64,000 bases of DNA from an uncultured Gemmatimonadales bacterium (GTDB lineage: Bacteria; Gemmatimonadota; Gemmatimonadetes; Gemmatimonadales; GWC2-71-9), in assembly GCA_963695555.1 (NCBI GenBank), contig CAVOGR010000004.1, forward strand, positions 32,001 to 96,000, read 5' to 3'. Shown here one piece after another: positions 8,480 through 17,441 of this stretch (the stretch's first letter is position 1; each line of letters begins with the position of its first letter). Below the pieces are notes generated by a model. The model ran no database searches, was not told where the DNA came from, and was given only the letters and a program-made list of their open reading frames with translations. Both the position numbers and the translations under genes were made by a program.

Positions 8480-9718
8480 ATGATGCACGGGAAGCTCGCG
8501 CTCATGGGAATGGCGGTGGCGCTCTCCGCCTGCCAGTCCAGTCAGGGTGCTCAGCCGCCCCACACCCGTCCTGGAATCGATGTGCTCCTGACCGACAGCA
8601 TCCACCTCGTGCGCGGTCGGCGGATCGGGCTGGTCACGAATCAGGCCGGCGTCGACGCTGCTGGTGTTCCAAACGTGGAGCGGCTCCGCTCGGCCGGTCT
8701 CGATCTGGTGGCCCTGTTCAGTCCGGAACATGGCTTCCGTGGCGCCGCACCGCCCGGCGCCCGGGTCGACCACGGGGTCGATTCGGCAACTGGTCTTCCA
8801 ATCTATAGTTTATACGGTGTCGTGTCCTCTCCCACGGCCCAGATGCTGTCGTCGGTCGATGTGATGATCGTCGATCTGCAGGATGCCGGCGCCCGCTACT
8901 ACACCTATCTCGCGACAGCTGTCGAGGTCGCGCGGGCCGCCGGCCAGGCGGAGATTCCGGTTCTCGTCCTGGACCGCCCGAACCCGATCGGTGGGCGCAT
9001 GCAGGGCAATGTCCTCGATCCGGCCTACGCCTCCAACGTCGGACTCCTCCGGGCCCCCATGCGCCACGGCTTGACCCTCGGTGAGTTGGTGCGGTTGGCG
9101 CAGTCGGACCTGGGCCTCGAAGCGGATATCACGGTCGTGCCGGTCGACGGCTGGGATCGGTCGCACTATCTGGACGAGACCGGCTTGCCCTTCGTGAGAC
9201 CGAGCCCGAACCTGCCGACCGTCGAGTCTCTGATCCACTATCCCGGCCTCTGTCTTTTCGAAGGAACGGCGCTGTCCGTGGGACGCGGATCGGATGCCCC
9301 GTTCGAACAGATCGGTGCCCCTTGGCTCGATACGGCGGCGGTGCTCGCGGCAATCGGTGCGCCCGGGATACCAGGCGTCGCGATTCAGGCGGTCGGCTTC
9401 CGCCCAACCGAGCCAGGAGATGGCAAGTTCGCGGACACCGTCGTTCCGGGCCTACGGCTCCATGTCGTCGATCGCGCGGCATACGATCCTGTGGCGACCG
9501 CCGTGGAGTTGCTGGTTGCGATCGTCCGCCGCCACCCCGATGCCATCGGCTGGCGTGCGCCCCACTTCGATCGCCTGGCCGGTGGGCCTGGACTGCGTCG
9601 GGCGATCGTGGCCGGCGGTTCCGCCCGCGAGATCATGCGCGACTGGCCACCGGAGCTGGCCGTGTTTCGCGAGCGGGTCCGGCCCCTGGTGCTCTACCCC
9701 CTGCTACCGGGGCCCTGA
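8480..9718 (+). CDS. namZ: Exo-beta-N-acetylmuramidase NamZ (DUF1343), predicted lipoprotein
   Basis: GLVTNQ, FSPEHGFRG, DLQDAGARYYTY, LDRPNP and PSPNLP motifs; signal ending LSAC. Confidence 0.9.
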   Translation: MMHGKLALMGMAVALSACQSSQGAQPPHTRPGIDVLLTDSIHLVRGRRIGLVTNQAGVDAAGVPNVERLRSAGLDLVALFSPEHGFRGAAPPGARVDHGVDSATGLPIYSLYGVVSSPTAQMLSSVDVMIVDLQDAGARYYTYLATAVEVARAAGQAEIPVLVLDRPNPIGGRMQGNVLDPAYASNVGLLRAPMRHGLTLGELVRLAQSDLGLEADITVVPVDGWDRSHYLDETGLPFVRPSPNLPTVESLIHYPGLCLFEGTALSVGRGSDAPFEQIGAPWLDTAAVLAAIGAPGIPGVAIQAVGFRPTEPGDGKFADTVVPGLRLHVVDRAAYDPVATAVELLVAIVRRHPDAIGWRAPHFDRLAGGPGLRRAIVAGGSAREIMRDWPPELAVFRERVRPLVLYPLLPGP

Positions 9719-9806
9719 TTGCCCCGCCGGTGCTCAGCAGTTATCCTACCGCGGCCTTGACCAGGGATTCTTGCGTGGCAGCTGAGCGGGCCGAGGGCAC
9801 CCACCG

Positions 9807-10493
9807 GTGAAGCTCGTGCCGCCCGGGATGGAGCGGTGGTTCTTTGGTGTCGTCCGGCCGCTGATCGACGCCCTGGTCCGCCGCGGTATCCGGCCCAATA
9901 CCTTGACCACCGTCGGGGTGGGCTTTGTGCTCGCGTCCGCCGTGGCCTTCGGATTCGGTGAGGTTCGCCTGGGTGGGCTGGTGCTGCTCCTGAGCGGGGT
10001 GGTGGACACGCTGGACGGTGCGGTGGCGCGTGCCACCAGCCAGGCTTCCAAGTTCGGGGCGTTTTACGACTCGACGCTCGACCGGGTGGGTGACGGCGCC
10101 ACGTTCATGGGGATCGGTGCTTTTCTGCTCACGGCTGACGACGTGGCATTCCGCGTGCCAGCCGTGCTCATGTGCATGGTAGCGATCCTGAGTTCCCTGG
10201 TGGTGTCGTACGCCCGCGCCCGGGCGGAGGGCCTGGGGCTCGAGTGCAAGGTCGGCATCGCGCAGAGGGCGGAACGGATCTTGGGTCTTGGGTTTACCTC
10301 GCTCATTGTGGGTGCAGGGCCCCGGGCCCTGGTCCTGGAAGCGATCGTTCTGATCCTGACGATCATGTCGATCATTACCGTGGTGCAGCGGTTCGTGTAC
10401 GTGTATCAGATCACCCAGACTTCGAACACTCCTGGCCGGGAGAGCACTCCGGCCGAGGCAGTCGACACTTTGGCGAAAGGACCCCCGCGGTGA
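9807..10493 (+). CDS. CDP-alcohol phosphatidyltransferase, phosphatidylinositol-phosphate synthase type
   Basis: DTLDGAVAR...GAFYDSTLDR signature; SYARARAEGLG and RAER motifs; GTGA overlap with ino1. Confidence 0.85.
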   Translation: MKLVPPGMERWFFGVVRPLIDALVRRGIRPNTLTTVGVGFVLASAVAFGFGEVRLGGLVLLLSGVVDTLDGAVARATSQASKFGAFYDSTLDRVGDGATFMGIGAFLLTADDVAFRVPAVLMCMVAILSSLVVSYARARAEGLGLECKVGIAQRAERILGLGFTSLIVGAGPRALVLEAIVLILTIMSIITVVQRFVYVYQITQTSNTPGRESTPAEAVDTLAKGPPR

Positions 10494-11819
10494 AAGGTCA
10501 TAGCACGCGGTCGATCGATCCGGCCCAGGGCAAGCTCGGGGTGATGTGTGTAGGTCTCGGCGCAGTCTCGACCACGTTCATCGCCGGCGTCGAGTTGATT
10601 CGCCGCGGCTTGGCGCAACCGGTGGGGTCGCTCACGCAGTTGGCGACCATCCGGCTCGGCAAGCGAACCGAGGGGCGGACGCCGCTGATCAAAGATTTCG
10701 TCCCGCTGGCAGGGCTCGACGACCTGGTGTTCACTGCCTGGGATCCCGTCCCGGATGACGGGTATAAGTCGGCGCTTCACTGCGGGGTCCTGGACAAGCA
10801 CGAGCATATCGAGCCCATCGCCGATTTCCTGAAGAGCATCAAGCCCCTACCGGCCGTGTTCGAGCAGGCCTACGTCAAGAACCTTCGCGGGACCAACGTC
10901 AAGGCCGGGGTGAACAAGCGGGAATTCGCGGAAGCGCTTCGCGAAGACATTCGCGCGTTCAAGGCCGAACACCGTTGCGACCGCTTGGTCATGGTCTGGT
11001 GCGCCTCCACGGAGATCTTCATTCCGCCGGGTCCCGTTCACAAGAACCTCGAGGCCTTCGAGCGCGCGATGAACGCAGAACGACCCGGCCATCGCGCCGT
11101 CGATGCTCTACGCCTATGCGGCCATCATGGAAGGGGTGCCGTTTGCCAACGGCGCGCCCAACCTGACGGTCGACACCCCGGCACTCCACGATCTGGCAAA
11201 GTCGCGGAACGTTGCGATCTGCGGGAAGGACTTCAAGACCGGGCAGACCATGATCAAGACCGTGCTCGCGCCCATGTTCAAGGCGAGGATGCTCGGCGTG
11301 GCAGGCTGGTATTCGACCAACATCCTGGGGAATCGGGACGGCGAGGTGCTGGACGATCCGGAAAGCTTCAAGACCAAGGAAGAGTCGAAGCTCGGCGTCC
11401 TGGACTTCATCCTCCAGCCGAAGCTGTACCCGTCCTTGTACGGCAACCTGTACCACAAGGTCAGGATCAACTACTACCCCCCGCGCGGCGATAATAAGGA
11501 AGGGTGGGACAACGTCGACATCTTCGGCTGGCTCGGCTATCCGATGCAGATCAAGGTCGATTTCCTGTGTCGCGATTCCATCCTGGCGGCTCCGCTCGTG
11601 CTCGACCTGGCGCTGTTCCTAGACCTGGCGCAGCGCTGCCACATGAACGGGGTCCAGGAGTGGCTGTCGTTCTACTTCAAGAGTCCACAGACCGCGCCGG
11701 GGCTCTACCCCGAGCACGATTTGTTTATCCAGTTGACCAAACTGAAGAACACGCTGCGCTATCTGATGGGCGAGGAACAGATTACGCATCTAGGTATCGA
11801 GTACTATCAGGAAGCATGA
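10490..11819 (+). CDS. ino1: Myo-inositol-1-phosphate synthase, split by an apparent +1 insertion at about 11075
   Basis: GLGAVSTT and WCASTE in the first frame; NGAPN, GKDFKTGQT, STNILGNRDG, CRDSILAAP and SFYFKSP in the second frame (11103..11819). Confidence 0.9.
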
Positions 11820-11830
11820 GAAGTGCGGGT

Positions 11831-11922
11831 TGTAGGAGGTAGGAGGTAGTGGGTAGGCCTCATGGGCAGGACCTCCGATCTCCTGCACGCCGCTCCCTAC
11901 TTCCTACCTCCTACACTCCTAC
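11831..11922. repeat. Inverted pair of heptamer tandem repeats (GTAGGAG)n ... (CTCCTAC)n
   Basis: 11831-11852 is the near reverse complement of 11894-11915; inner GCAGGA/TCCTGC stem. Confidence 0.8.
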
Positions 11923-11935
11923 TCCCTGATCTCCC

Positions 11936-12226
11936 ATGAAATACTTCCACCGCACCAGCATCGCGCCGGACCAGGTCATTGAGCGGGCCGCCGCCTACTT
12001 CGGTGCCCGGTTGACCCCCACCGAGGAAACTGCTCGCCGTCGTCGCTTCAGCGGCACAATCGGGACTATCGGGGTATCGGTCCAGGCCGAGGGCGGGCAT
12101 TACACGTTGATCGTGATCGACACCGATCAACCGGGGGAGAGCGAATTGGACAAGTTCGCCAAGCGCTTTCTCACCATGGTCCACACCATGGCGGATCCCA
12201 CGCACGAGCCGCGCGGCGCCTACTGA
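11936..12226 (+). CDS. Hypothetical protein (96 aa)
   Basis: Protein-like composition and codon usage; fills the gap before the E1 alpha gene. Confidence 0.7.
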   Translation: MKYFHRTSIAPDQVIERAAAYFGARLTPTEETARRRRFSGTIGTIGVSVQAEGGHYTLIVIDTDQPGESELDKFAKRFLTMVHTMADPTHEPRGAY

Positions 12227-12332
12227 GCCACGAGGCATACGCCCCGGCCGGGGCACGCCGGGAGCCGTCGCCCCGGGGAGCACTCGGCCCGAGGATGAGC
12301 CGTAGGCCGTTCTCGTGCAGTGGCTTAGCGTC

Positions 12333-12361
12333 TTGACTCTCCCGGGCCGCCGCCCGATCTT
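12333..12361 (+). promoter_or_regulatory. Candidate sigma70 promoter for the 2-oxoacid dehydrogenase operon
   Basis: TTGACT-N17-GATCTT, 37 nt before ATG 12399. Confidence 0.45.
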
Positions 12362-12398
12362 TCCGCGCCGTTTCGCCCTTGCCCCGAACAGGATTCAC

Positions 12399-13445
12399 AT
12401 GGTTTCTCGCAGTCCCACGGCGGCTCCGCCGGGCGTTCCCGCAGGGCTCACTCGCGATAACGTGCTCGAGCTCTACTACTTGATGCGGCTCACCCGGTCG
12501 CTCGAGGAGCGACTGGTGAACCTGTACCGGCAAACCAAGGTCGTCGGCGGGCTCTACCGATCACTGGGACAGGAAGCGGATGCGGTAGGAAGTGCCTATG
12601 CACTCGATCGCGAGCAGGGCGACATGCTCTCCCCCTTGACCAGGAACCTCGGCTCCATGCTGGTTCAAGGGGCGACACCGGTCGAGATCCTGCGGCAGTA
12701 CATGGCGAAGGGAACCAGTCCCACGCAGGGTCGCGAGCTCAACATCCACTACGGCGATCTCGACCGCGGCTTCATCGGACAGATCTCTCCCCTGGGGGAC
12801 ATGGTTCCGGTCATGGCGGGCGTCGCGCTCTCGTTCAAGATGCGGAAGGAACGTCGGGTGGCCTTGGTGTACGTGGGCGAGGGGGCCATGAGCACGGGCG
12901 CCTTCCACGAAGGAGTAAACCTGGCCGCGGTGCTGCGGCTTCCGATGGTGGTCATTGCGGAGAACAACGGCTATTCCTATACCACCCCCACCGCCAAGCA
13001 GTCGGCCGTAAAGCACCTCAAGGACAAGGCCATGGCCTACGGCATTCCGGGCGTCCAAGCCGACGGCAACGACGTCCTCGCCGTCTACCAGGTTACCAAA
13101 GCGGCGGTCGAGCGCGCGCGTGACGGCCACGGGGTGACACTGATCGAGCTCGTGACCTTCCGGCGCAAGGGCCACGCCGAGCACGACAATCAAGGGTACG
13201 TGCCTCGGGAACTGCTGGACTATTGGGAGAAACGGGATCCCATCGACCGCTACGTGCAGCAACTCACCGAAAATGGGTGGGCGTCCCGGGAAGAGCTGGA
13301 CGCGACGGATCGCCGCATTGCCGACGAACTGGACCAGGCGACGAGCTTCGTCGAAGACGAACCGGAGCCCGATCTGGCGACCGTGCTCGACCATGTCACC
13401 CTCAACCCGGCACACGCCGACGCACAATGGTTCGACGCGCCATGA
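12399..13445 (+). CDS. 2-oxoacid dehydrogenase E1 alpha subunit (TPP-dependent; branched-chain or pyruvate type)
   Basis: GEGAMSTGAFHEG...ENN TPP motif; RRKGHAEHD. Confidence 0.9.
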   Translation: MVSRSPTAAPPGVPAGLTRDNVLELYYLMRLTRSLEERLVNLYRQTKVVGGLYRSLGQEADAVGSAYALDREQGDMLSPLTRNLGSMLVQGATPVEILRQYMAKGTSPTQGRELNIHYGDLDRGFIGQISPLGDMVPVMAGVALSFKMRKERRVALVYVGEGAMSTGAFHEGVNLAAVLRLPMVVIAENNGYSYTTPTAKQSAVKHLKDKAMAYGIPGVQADGNDVLAVYQVTKAAVERARDGHGVTLIELVTFRRKGHAEHDNQGYVPRELLDYWEKRDPIDRYVQQLTENGWASREELDATDRRIADELDQATSFVEDEPEPDLATVLDHVTLNPAHADAQWFDAP

Positions 13446-13457
13446 GCCTCCGCACGC

Positions 13458-14438
13458 ATGGCTGAAGTCACCTATCTCGAGGCGTTGCGCCAGGGGCTCT
13501 GGGAGGAGATGGAGCGCGACGAGCACGTCTTCATGTTGGGCGAAGACATCGGTGCGTATGGTGGCGCCTTCAAAGTCACGGCCGGGTTCCTCGATCGCTT
13601 TGGTGAGGAGCGGGTCATCGATACCCCGATCTCGGAAGCGGCCATCGTGGGCGCGGCCGCGGGGGCCGCGCACATGGGCTTCCGGCCCGTGGCCGAAATG
13701 CAGTTCATCGACTTCATCGCGTGCGCGTACGACATGTTGACCAACTATGTGGCGACGGCCAGGTATCGCGCCGGCCTGTCGACGCCCATGGTTGTGCGGG
13801 GTCCATCCGGCGGATATGTCCGCGGCGGTCCATTCCACTCGCAGAATCCCGAGGCAGCGTTCCTGCACTCGCCCGGGCTCAAGATCGTGTGCCCTGCCAC
13901 GGCCCGGGATGCCAAGGGGTTGATCAAGAGCGCCATCCGTGACGATGATCCGGTACTCTACTTCGAGCACAAGTACCTCTACCGGCGCATCAAAGAGGAG
14001 CTGCCCGAGGGAGAGGAGATCTTGACCCCGATCGGCAAGGCGCGGCTGGCACGGGAGGGCACGGATCTTACCATCGTGACCTGGTCGGCCCTGGTCTGGA
14101 AGGCCCTCGAGGCTGCGGGCCGGCTCGAGCAGGAGGACGGCCTGTCGGTGGAAGTGCTCGACCTCCGGTCGCTCCTCCCAATGGATGACGAGGCCATCAT
14201 GGCCTCGGTTCGGAAGACCAACCGGGTCTTGGTGGCCCACGAGGATACGAGAACCGGGGGAGTCGCAGGTGAAATCACCGCGCGCATCAACGACCAGGCA
14301 TTCGAGTTCCTCGATGCCCCGGTCAAGCGGGTCGCCGCATACGACGTCCCGCTCCCGTACGCCCCAGTGCTCGAGGACTACGTGCTGCCACAGACCGCTG
14401 ACCTGGTGCGAGCCTCACGATGGCTAGCCGCTTACTAA
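13458..14438 (+). CDS. 2-oxoacid dehydrogenase E1 beta subunit
   Basis: GEDIG, DTPISE, EMQFIDF, HSQ and FEHK motifs. Confidence 0.93.
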   Translation: MAEVTYLEALRQGLWEEMERDEHVFMLGEDIGAYGGAFKVTAGFLDRFGEERVIDTPISEAAIVGAAAGAAHMGFRPVAEMQFIDFIACAYDMLTNYVATARYRAGLSTPMVVRGPSGGYVRGGPFHSQNPEAAFLHSPGLKIVCPATARDAKGLIKSAIRDDDPVLYFEHKYLYRRIKEELPEGEEILTPIGKARLAREGTDLTIVTWSALVWKALEAAGRLEQEDGLSVEVLDLRSLLPMDDEAIMASVRKTNRVLVAHEDTRTGGVAGEITARINDQAFEFLDAPVKRVAAYDVPLPYAPVLEDYVLPQTADLVRASRWLAAY

Positions 14439-14484
14439 GGGAAAACACGATTTCGCCGCGCCGCGACATGAATGGAGATTTGGA

Positions 14485-15834
14485 ATGGCCCGTATAGATG
14501 TCATCATGCCCCAGATGGGCGAGTCGATCGCCGAGGGCACGCTGTCGAAGTGGTTGAAACAGGTTGGCGACGCCGTCAAGCGTGATGAGCCCATCTTCGA
14601 AATCTCGACCGACAAGGTCGATGCGGAGATCCCGGCGCCCAATGCGGGAACGCTGGCCGAGATACTGGTACAGGAAGGACAGACGGTCGAAGTGAATACC
14701 GTGGTGGCCAGGATCGAGACCGAAGCCGGCGCGGCGGCCGCGGTGGCGGCCCCAGCCCCCGCCCCCGTTGCGCCGGTCGAGGCGCCCACACCTGCACCCG
14801 CGCCGGCCCCCGCGCCCGAACCAGTCGTCGCGGCACCCGCGGCCAAACCCGCACCACCGCCACCGCCGAGCCGGGGTGGAGGTGACGGCGCTGGAGAGAC
14901 TGCTGAGGACCGGCTGCGGCGCCGCTCAACACCGCTGGTGCGGAAGATGGCGGCGGAGCACAATCTGGACTTGGCGGCGATCACCGGAACGGGCATGGCG
15001 GGACGGGTTACCAAGCAGGACCTGCTCGACTTCCTCGAGCGCCGGCCCCGAGCGGCGCCCCCTCGGGCCGCTCCAGCCGTGGCTGCCGGCCCGAGGGTCG
15101 AAATTCGCGGGCCTCAGGTCGAGCCGTGGGAGGGTGATCGGGTCGAGCCGTGGTCTCGCATTCGCAAGCTGACCGCCGACCACATGATCATGTCACGACT
15201 GGTCTCCGCGCATGTGGCGAGCGTCTTCGAAGTGGACTACACCCGCGTGGCGCAGATTCGATCCAAGCTCAAGCGGGAGTACGCCGACCGCGGGGCCAAT
15301 TTGACGTTCTTGGCGTTCATCACCAAGGCGGTGGCCGACAATATCCGCAATCACCCGGTGGTCAACGCGGCCGTCACGGGCGAGTCCACGATCTTCCGGC
15401 GTGACGTCAACATCGGGATTGCGGTCGCGCTCGATTGGGGCCTCATCGTACCGGTCATCAAACACGCCGACGGTCTGTCTCTCATTGGGACCGCGCGGGC
15501 CATCAACGACCTTGGCGAGCGGGCCAGGACCAAGAAGCTGAATCCCGACGAGATACAACAGGGTACGTTCACCATCACCAATCCTGGTGTGTTCGGGTCG
15601 CTCACGGGCATTCCGATCATCAATCAACCGCAGGTGGCCATCCTGGCGGTTGGGTCCATTACGAAGCAGCCGGCGGTGGTGACCCTCCCGGACGGAACCG
15701 ATGCCATCGGCATCCGTGTGAAGGGCATGCTCTCGATGTCCTACGACCATCGGGTTGTCGATGGGGCGGATGCCGACAGGTTCCTGGCGGACGTCCGGAC
15801 AACGCTCGAGAACTTTCCCGAGGCCGCGACGTAA
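14485..15834 (+). CDS. Dihydrolipoamide acyltransferase E2
   Basis: Lipoyl domain ISTDKV, Pro/Ala linker, E3-binding GTGMAGRVTK, catalytic DHRVVDG. Confidence 0.93.
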   Translation: MARIDVIMPQMGESIAEGTLSKWLKQVGDAVKRDEPIFEISTDKVDAEIPAPNAGTLAEILVQEGQTVEVNTVVARIETEAGAAAAVAAPAPAPVAPVEAPTPAPAPAPAPEPVVAAPAAKPAPPPPPSRGGGDGAGETAEDRLRRRSTPLVRKMAAEHNLDLAAITGTGMAGRVTKQDLLDFLERRPRAAPPRAAPAVAAGPRVEIRGPQVEPWEGDRVEPWSRIRKLTADHMIMSRLVSAHVASVFEVDYTRVAQIRSKLKREYADRGANLTFLAFITKAVADNIRNHPVVNAAVTGESTIFRRDVNIGIAVALDWGLIVPVIKHADGLSLIGTARAINDLGERARTKKLNPDEIQQGTFTITNPGVFGSLTGIPIINQPQVAILAVGSITKQPAVVTLPDGTDAIGIRVKGMLSMSYDHRVVDGADADRFLADVRTTLENFPEAAT

Positions 15835-15835
15835 C

Positions 15836-16141
15836 ATGCCGCGGACCCTGAGGGTCGGCCGGGTGACGGTCAACACCGGGGACGAGGACGCCTACATTCA
15901 AACGGTGCACACCCTCGCTCGGCTCGCGCACGGTCGCGGCATCAACATCTGGTTGTTCCGGCATGGCCGTGAACCCGGGAGGTTCTTCGAGTTCGTGGAG
16001 GGGGCTCGGGAGGAGGTACTGAGCGAGCCCAGGTCCTCCGAGGAAGCCGAGTTGATCCACAAGCTGGAGGGCATTGCCACCTATGCGCCCGAATCGGCAG
16101 ACTGGTGGTACGAGGTGCCCGCGCCGGAGCCTTTTGATTAA
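15836..16141 (+). CDS. Hypothetical protein (101 aa)
   Basis: ATG 1 nt after the E2 stop; protein-like composition. Confidence 0.65.
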   Translation: MPRTLRVGRVTVNTGDEDAYIQTVHTLARLAHGRGINIWLFRHGREPGRFFEFVEGAREEVLSEPRSSEEAELIHKLEGIATYAPESADWWYEVPAPEPFD

Positions 16142-16167
16142 TCCAACCGTGAGTGGACACTGCACCC

Positions 16168-16434
16168 ATGCCGAGACGAGTCATCGAAATCAACGGAGAG
16201 AAGTGGGACGTCGCATCCAGTGGGCGCGTCACCCAATACACGCGGGATGAGTTCGGTCTGGTCTTCAGTCGTGGCACTGGCGAGAATCGGGAGCATCGGG
16301 TGATACGCTACTCTCCTAAGGGATCACGCCACTGGGACGTGTCCCTGAACGAGCTGGATGATCAGAAGCTGGCCGAACTCTTCGCCCGATCGCAGCCGTC
16401 GTGGACGGCACCGGAGACGGGGTACGCGCGCTGA
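16168..16434 (+). CDS. Hypothetical protein (about 88 aa; alternative GTG start 16153)
   Basis: Protein-like ORF in operon position (SGRVTQYTRDEFGLVF...SQPSWTAPETGY). Confidence 0.65.
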   Translation: MPRRVIEINGEKWDVASSGRVTQYTRDEFGLVFSRGTGENREHRVIRYSPKGSRHWDVSLNELDDQKLAELFARSQPSWTAPETGYAR

Positions 16435-17306
16435 GTTCACCCACATCCCGGTACATCGATCTGCACCTCCATTCCACCGCGTCGGATGGGACGCTCAGCC
16501 CGCGGGTCGTCGTCGAACGAGCGCGGCAGGCCAATCTTGCGGCGATCGCTCTGACCGATCACGACACCCTTGCCGGGCTCAAGGAAGCGTGCGAAGCCGG
16601 GGAGCAAGTGGGCCTTCGGGTGGTGAGCGGCTGCGAATTCTCGGTGGCCGCCACATGGGGTGAACTTCATGTGCTCGGGTATTTCTTGCCGTCCGCATCG
16701 GATGAGATCGAGACTTTTCTGGCCGAACGCCGCAACGACCGCTATCGTCGGGCGGGCGGAATGGTCTCGCGGCTCCATGGCCTCGGAGTAAAGATCGAAT
16801 TTGAGCACGTTCTCGAGACGGCAGGTGGCGGGGCCATCGGGCGGCCGCACGTGGCTCAAGCACTGGTGGACCGCGGTGCCGTTCGGGATGTGCAGGACGC
16901 CTTCGATCGGTATCTCGGCCGAGGCAAGCCGGCATTTGTCGCGAAGGACCTGCCGAAGTTTCGGGACGTTGCCGATCTGGTCCACCGAGTCGGCGGCCTG
17001 GTCTCGGCCGCTCACATAAAGGATCGGGGCACGAGGCGTGCCCTCCGGCGACTGCGCGATGACGGTCTCGATGCCGTGGAGATCCGCCACCCAAGCCACA
17101 CTCCAGAAACCCGTACCGTCTTGGCTGAGCATGCTGCCGACCTCGGCCTCGTGCCGACGGGCGGCAGCGACTGGCACGGCGATGCCGGGTCCACGCCGTC
17201 ACTGACGACCATCGGGGCGCAACAGGTGCCAGAGGAGTGGCTCACCCAGCTCGAGCGGAGACGCGACGCGCGGGCAGCCCATCGGCAGATCCGAGGCGCG
17301 GACTGA
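16431..17306 (+). CDS. PHP-domain metal-dependent phosphoesterase (TrpH/YciV-like); start uncertain
   Basis: DLHLHSTASDG, ALTDHDT, GRPH and GGSDWHG motifs. Confidence 0.9.
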   Translation: MSSPTSRYIDLHLHSTASDGTLSPRVVVERARQANLAAIALTDHDTLAGLKEACEAGEQVGLRVVSGCEFSVAATWGELHVLGYFLPSASDEIETFLAERRNDRYRRAGGMVSRLHGLGVKIEFEHVLETAGGGAIGRPHVAQALVDRGAVRDVQDAFDRYLGRGKPAFVAKDLPKFRDVADLVHRVGGLVSAAHIKDRGTRRALRRLRDDGLDAVEIRHPSHTPETRTVLAEHAADLGLVPTGGSDWHGDAGSTPSLTTIGAQQVPEEWLTQLERRRDARAAHRQIRGAD

Positions 17307-17324
17307 CGACACAGGAGGCGAACA

Positions 17325-17423
17325 ATGGGCAGAGTGATCGGAAGCGTCATTCGGCGCAATCGGGGTGCGGATCGGCGCCCGCGTGCGCCCGACGCAGTCG
17401 GCATGACGGAGAGGTGTCGGTGA
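17325..17423 (+). other. Candidate 32-aa Arg-rich upstream ORF
   Basis: AGGAGG at 17313-17318, ATG 17325, MGRVIGSVIRRNRGADRRPRAPDAVGMTERCR*. Confidence 0.35.
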
Positions 17424-17441
17424 ACCCAGTCGGGGATTGCA

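Noticed and set aside
11831..11922. Repeats as a CRISPR array
   Set aside because: Units are 7 nt with no spacers, and no cas genes are in the window
17421..17423. In-frame TGA as a selenocysteine codon extending the YfcC transporter
   Set aside because: No recognisable SECIS or redox motif, and the transporter looks complete from ATG 17442
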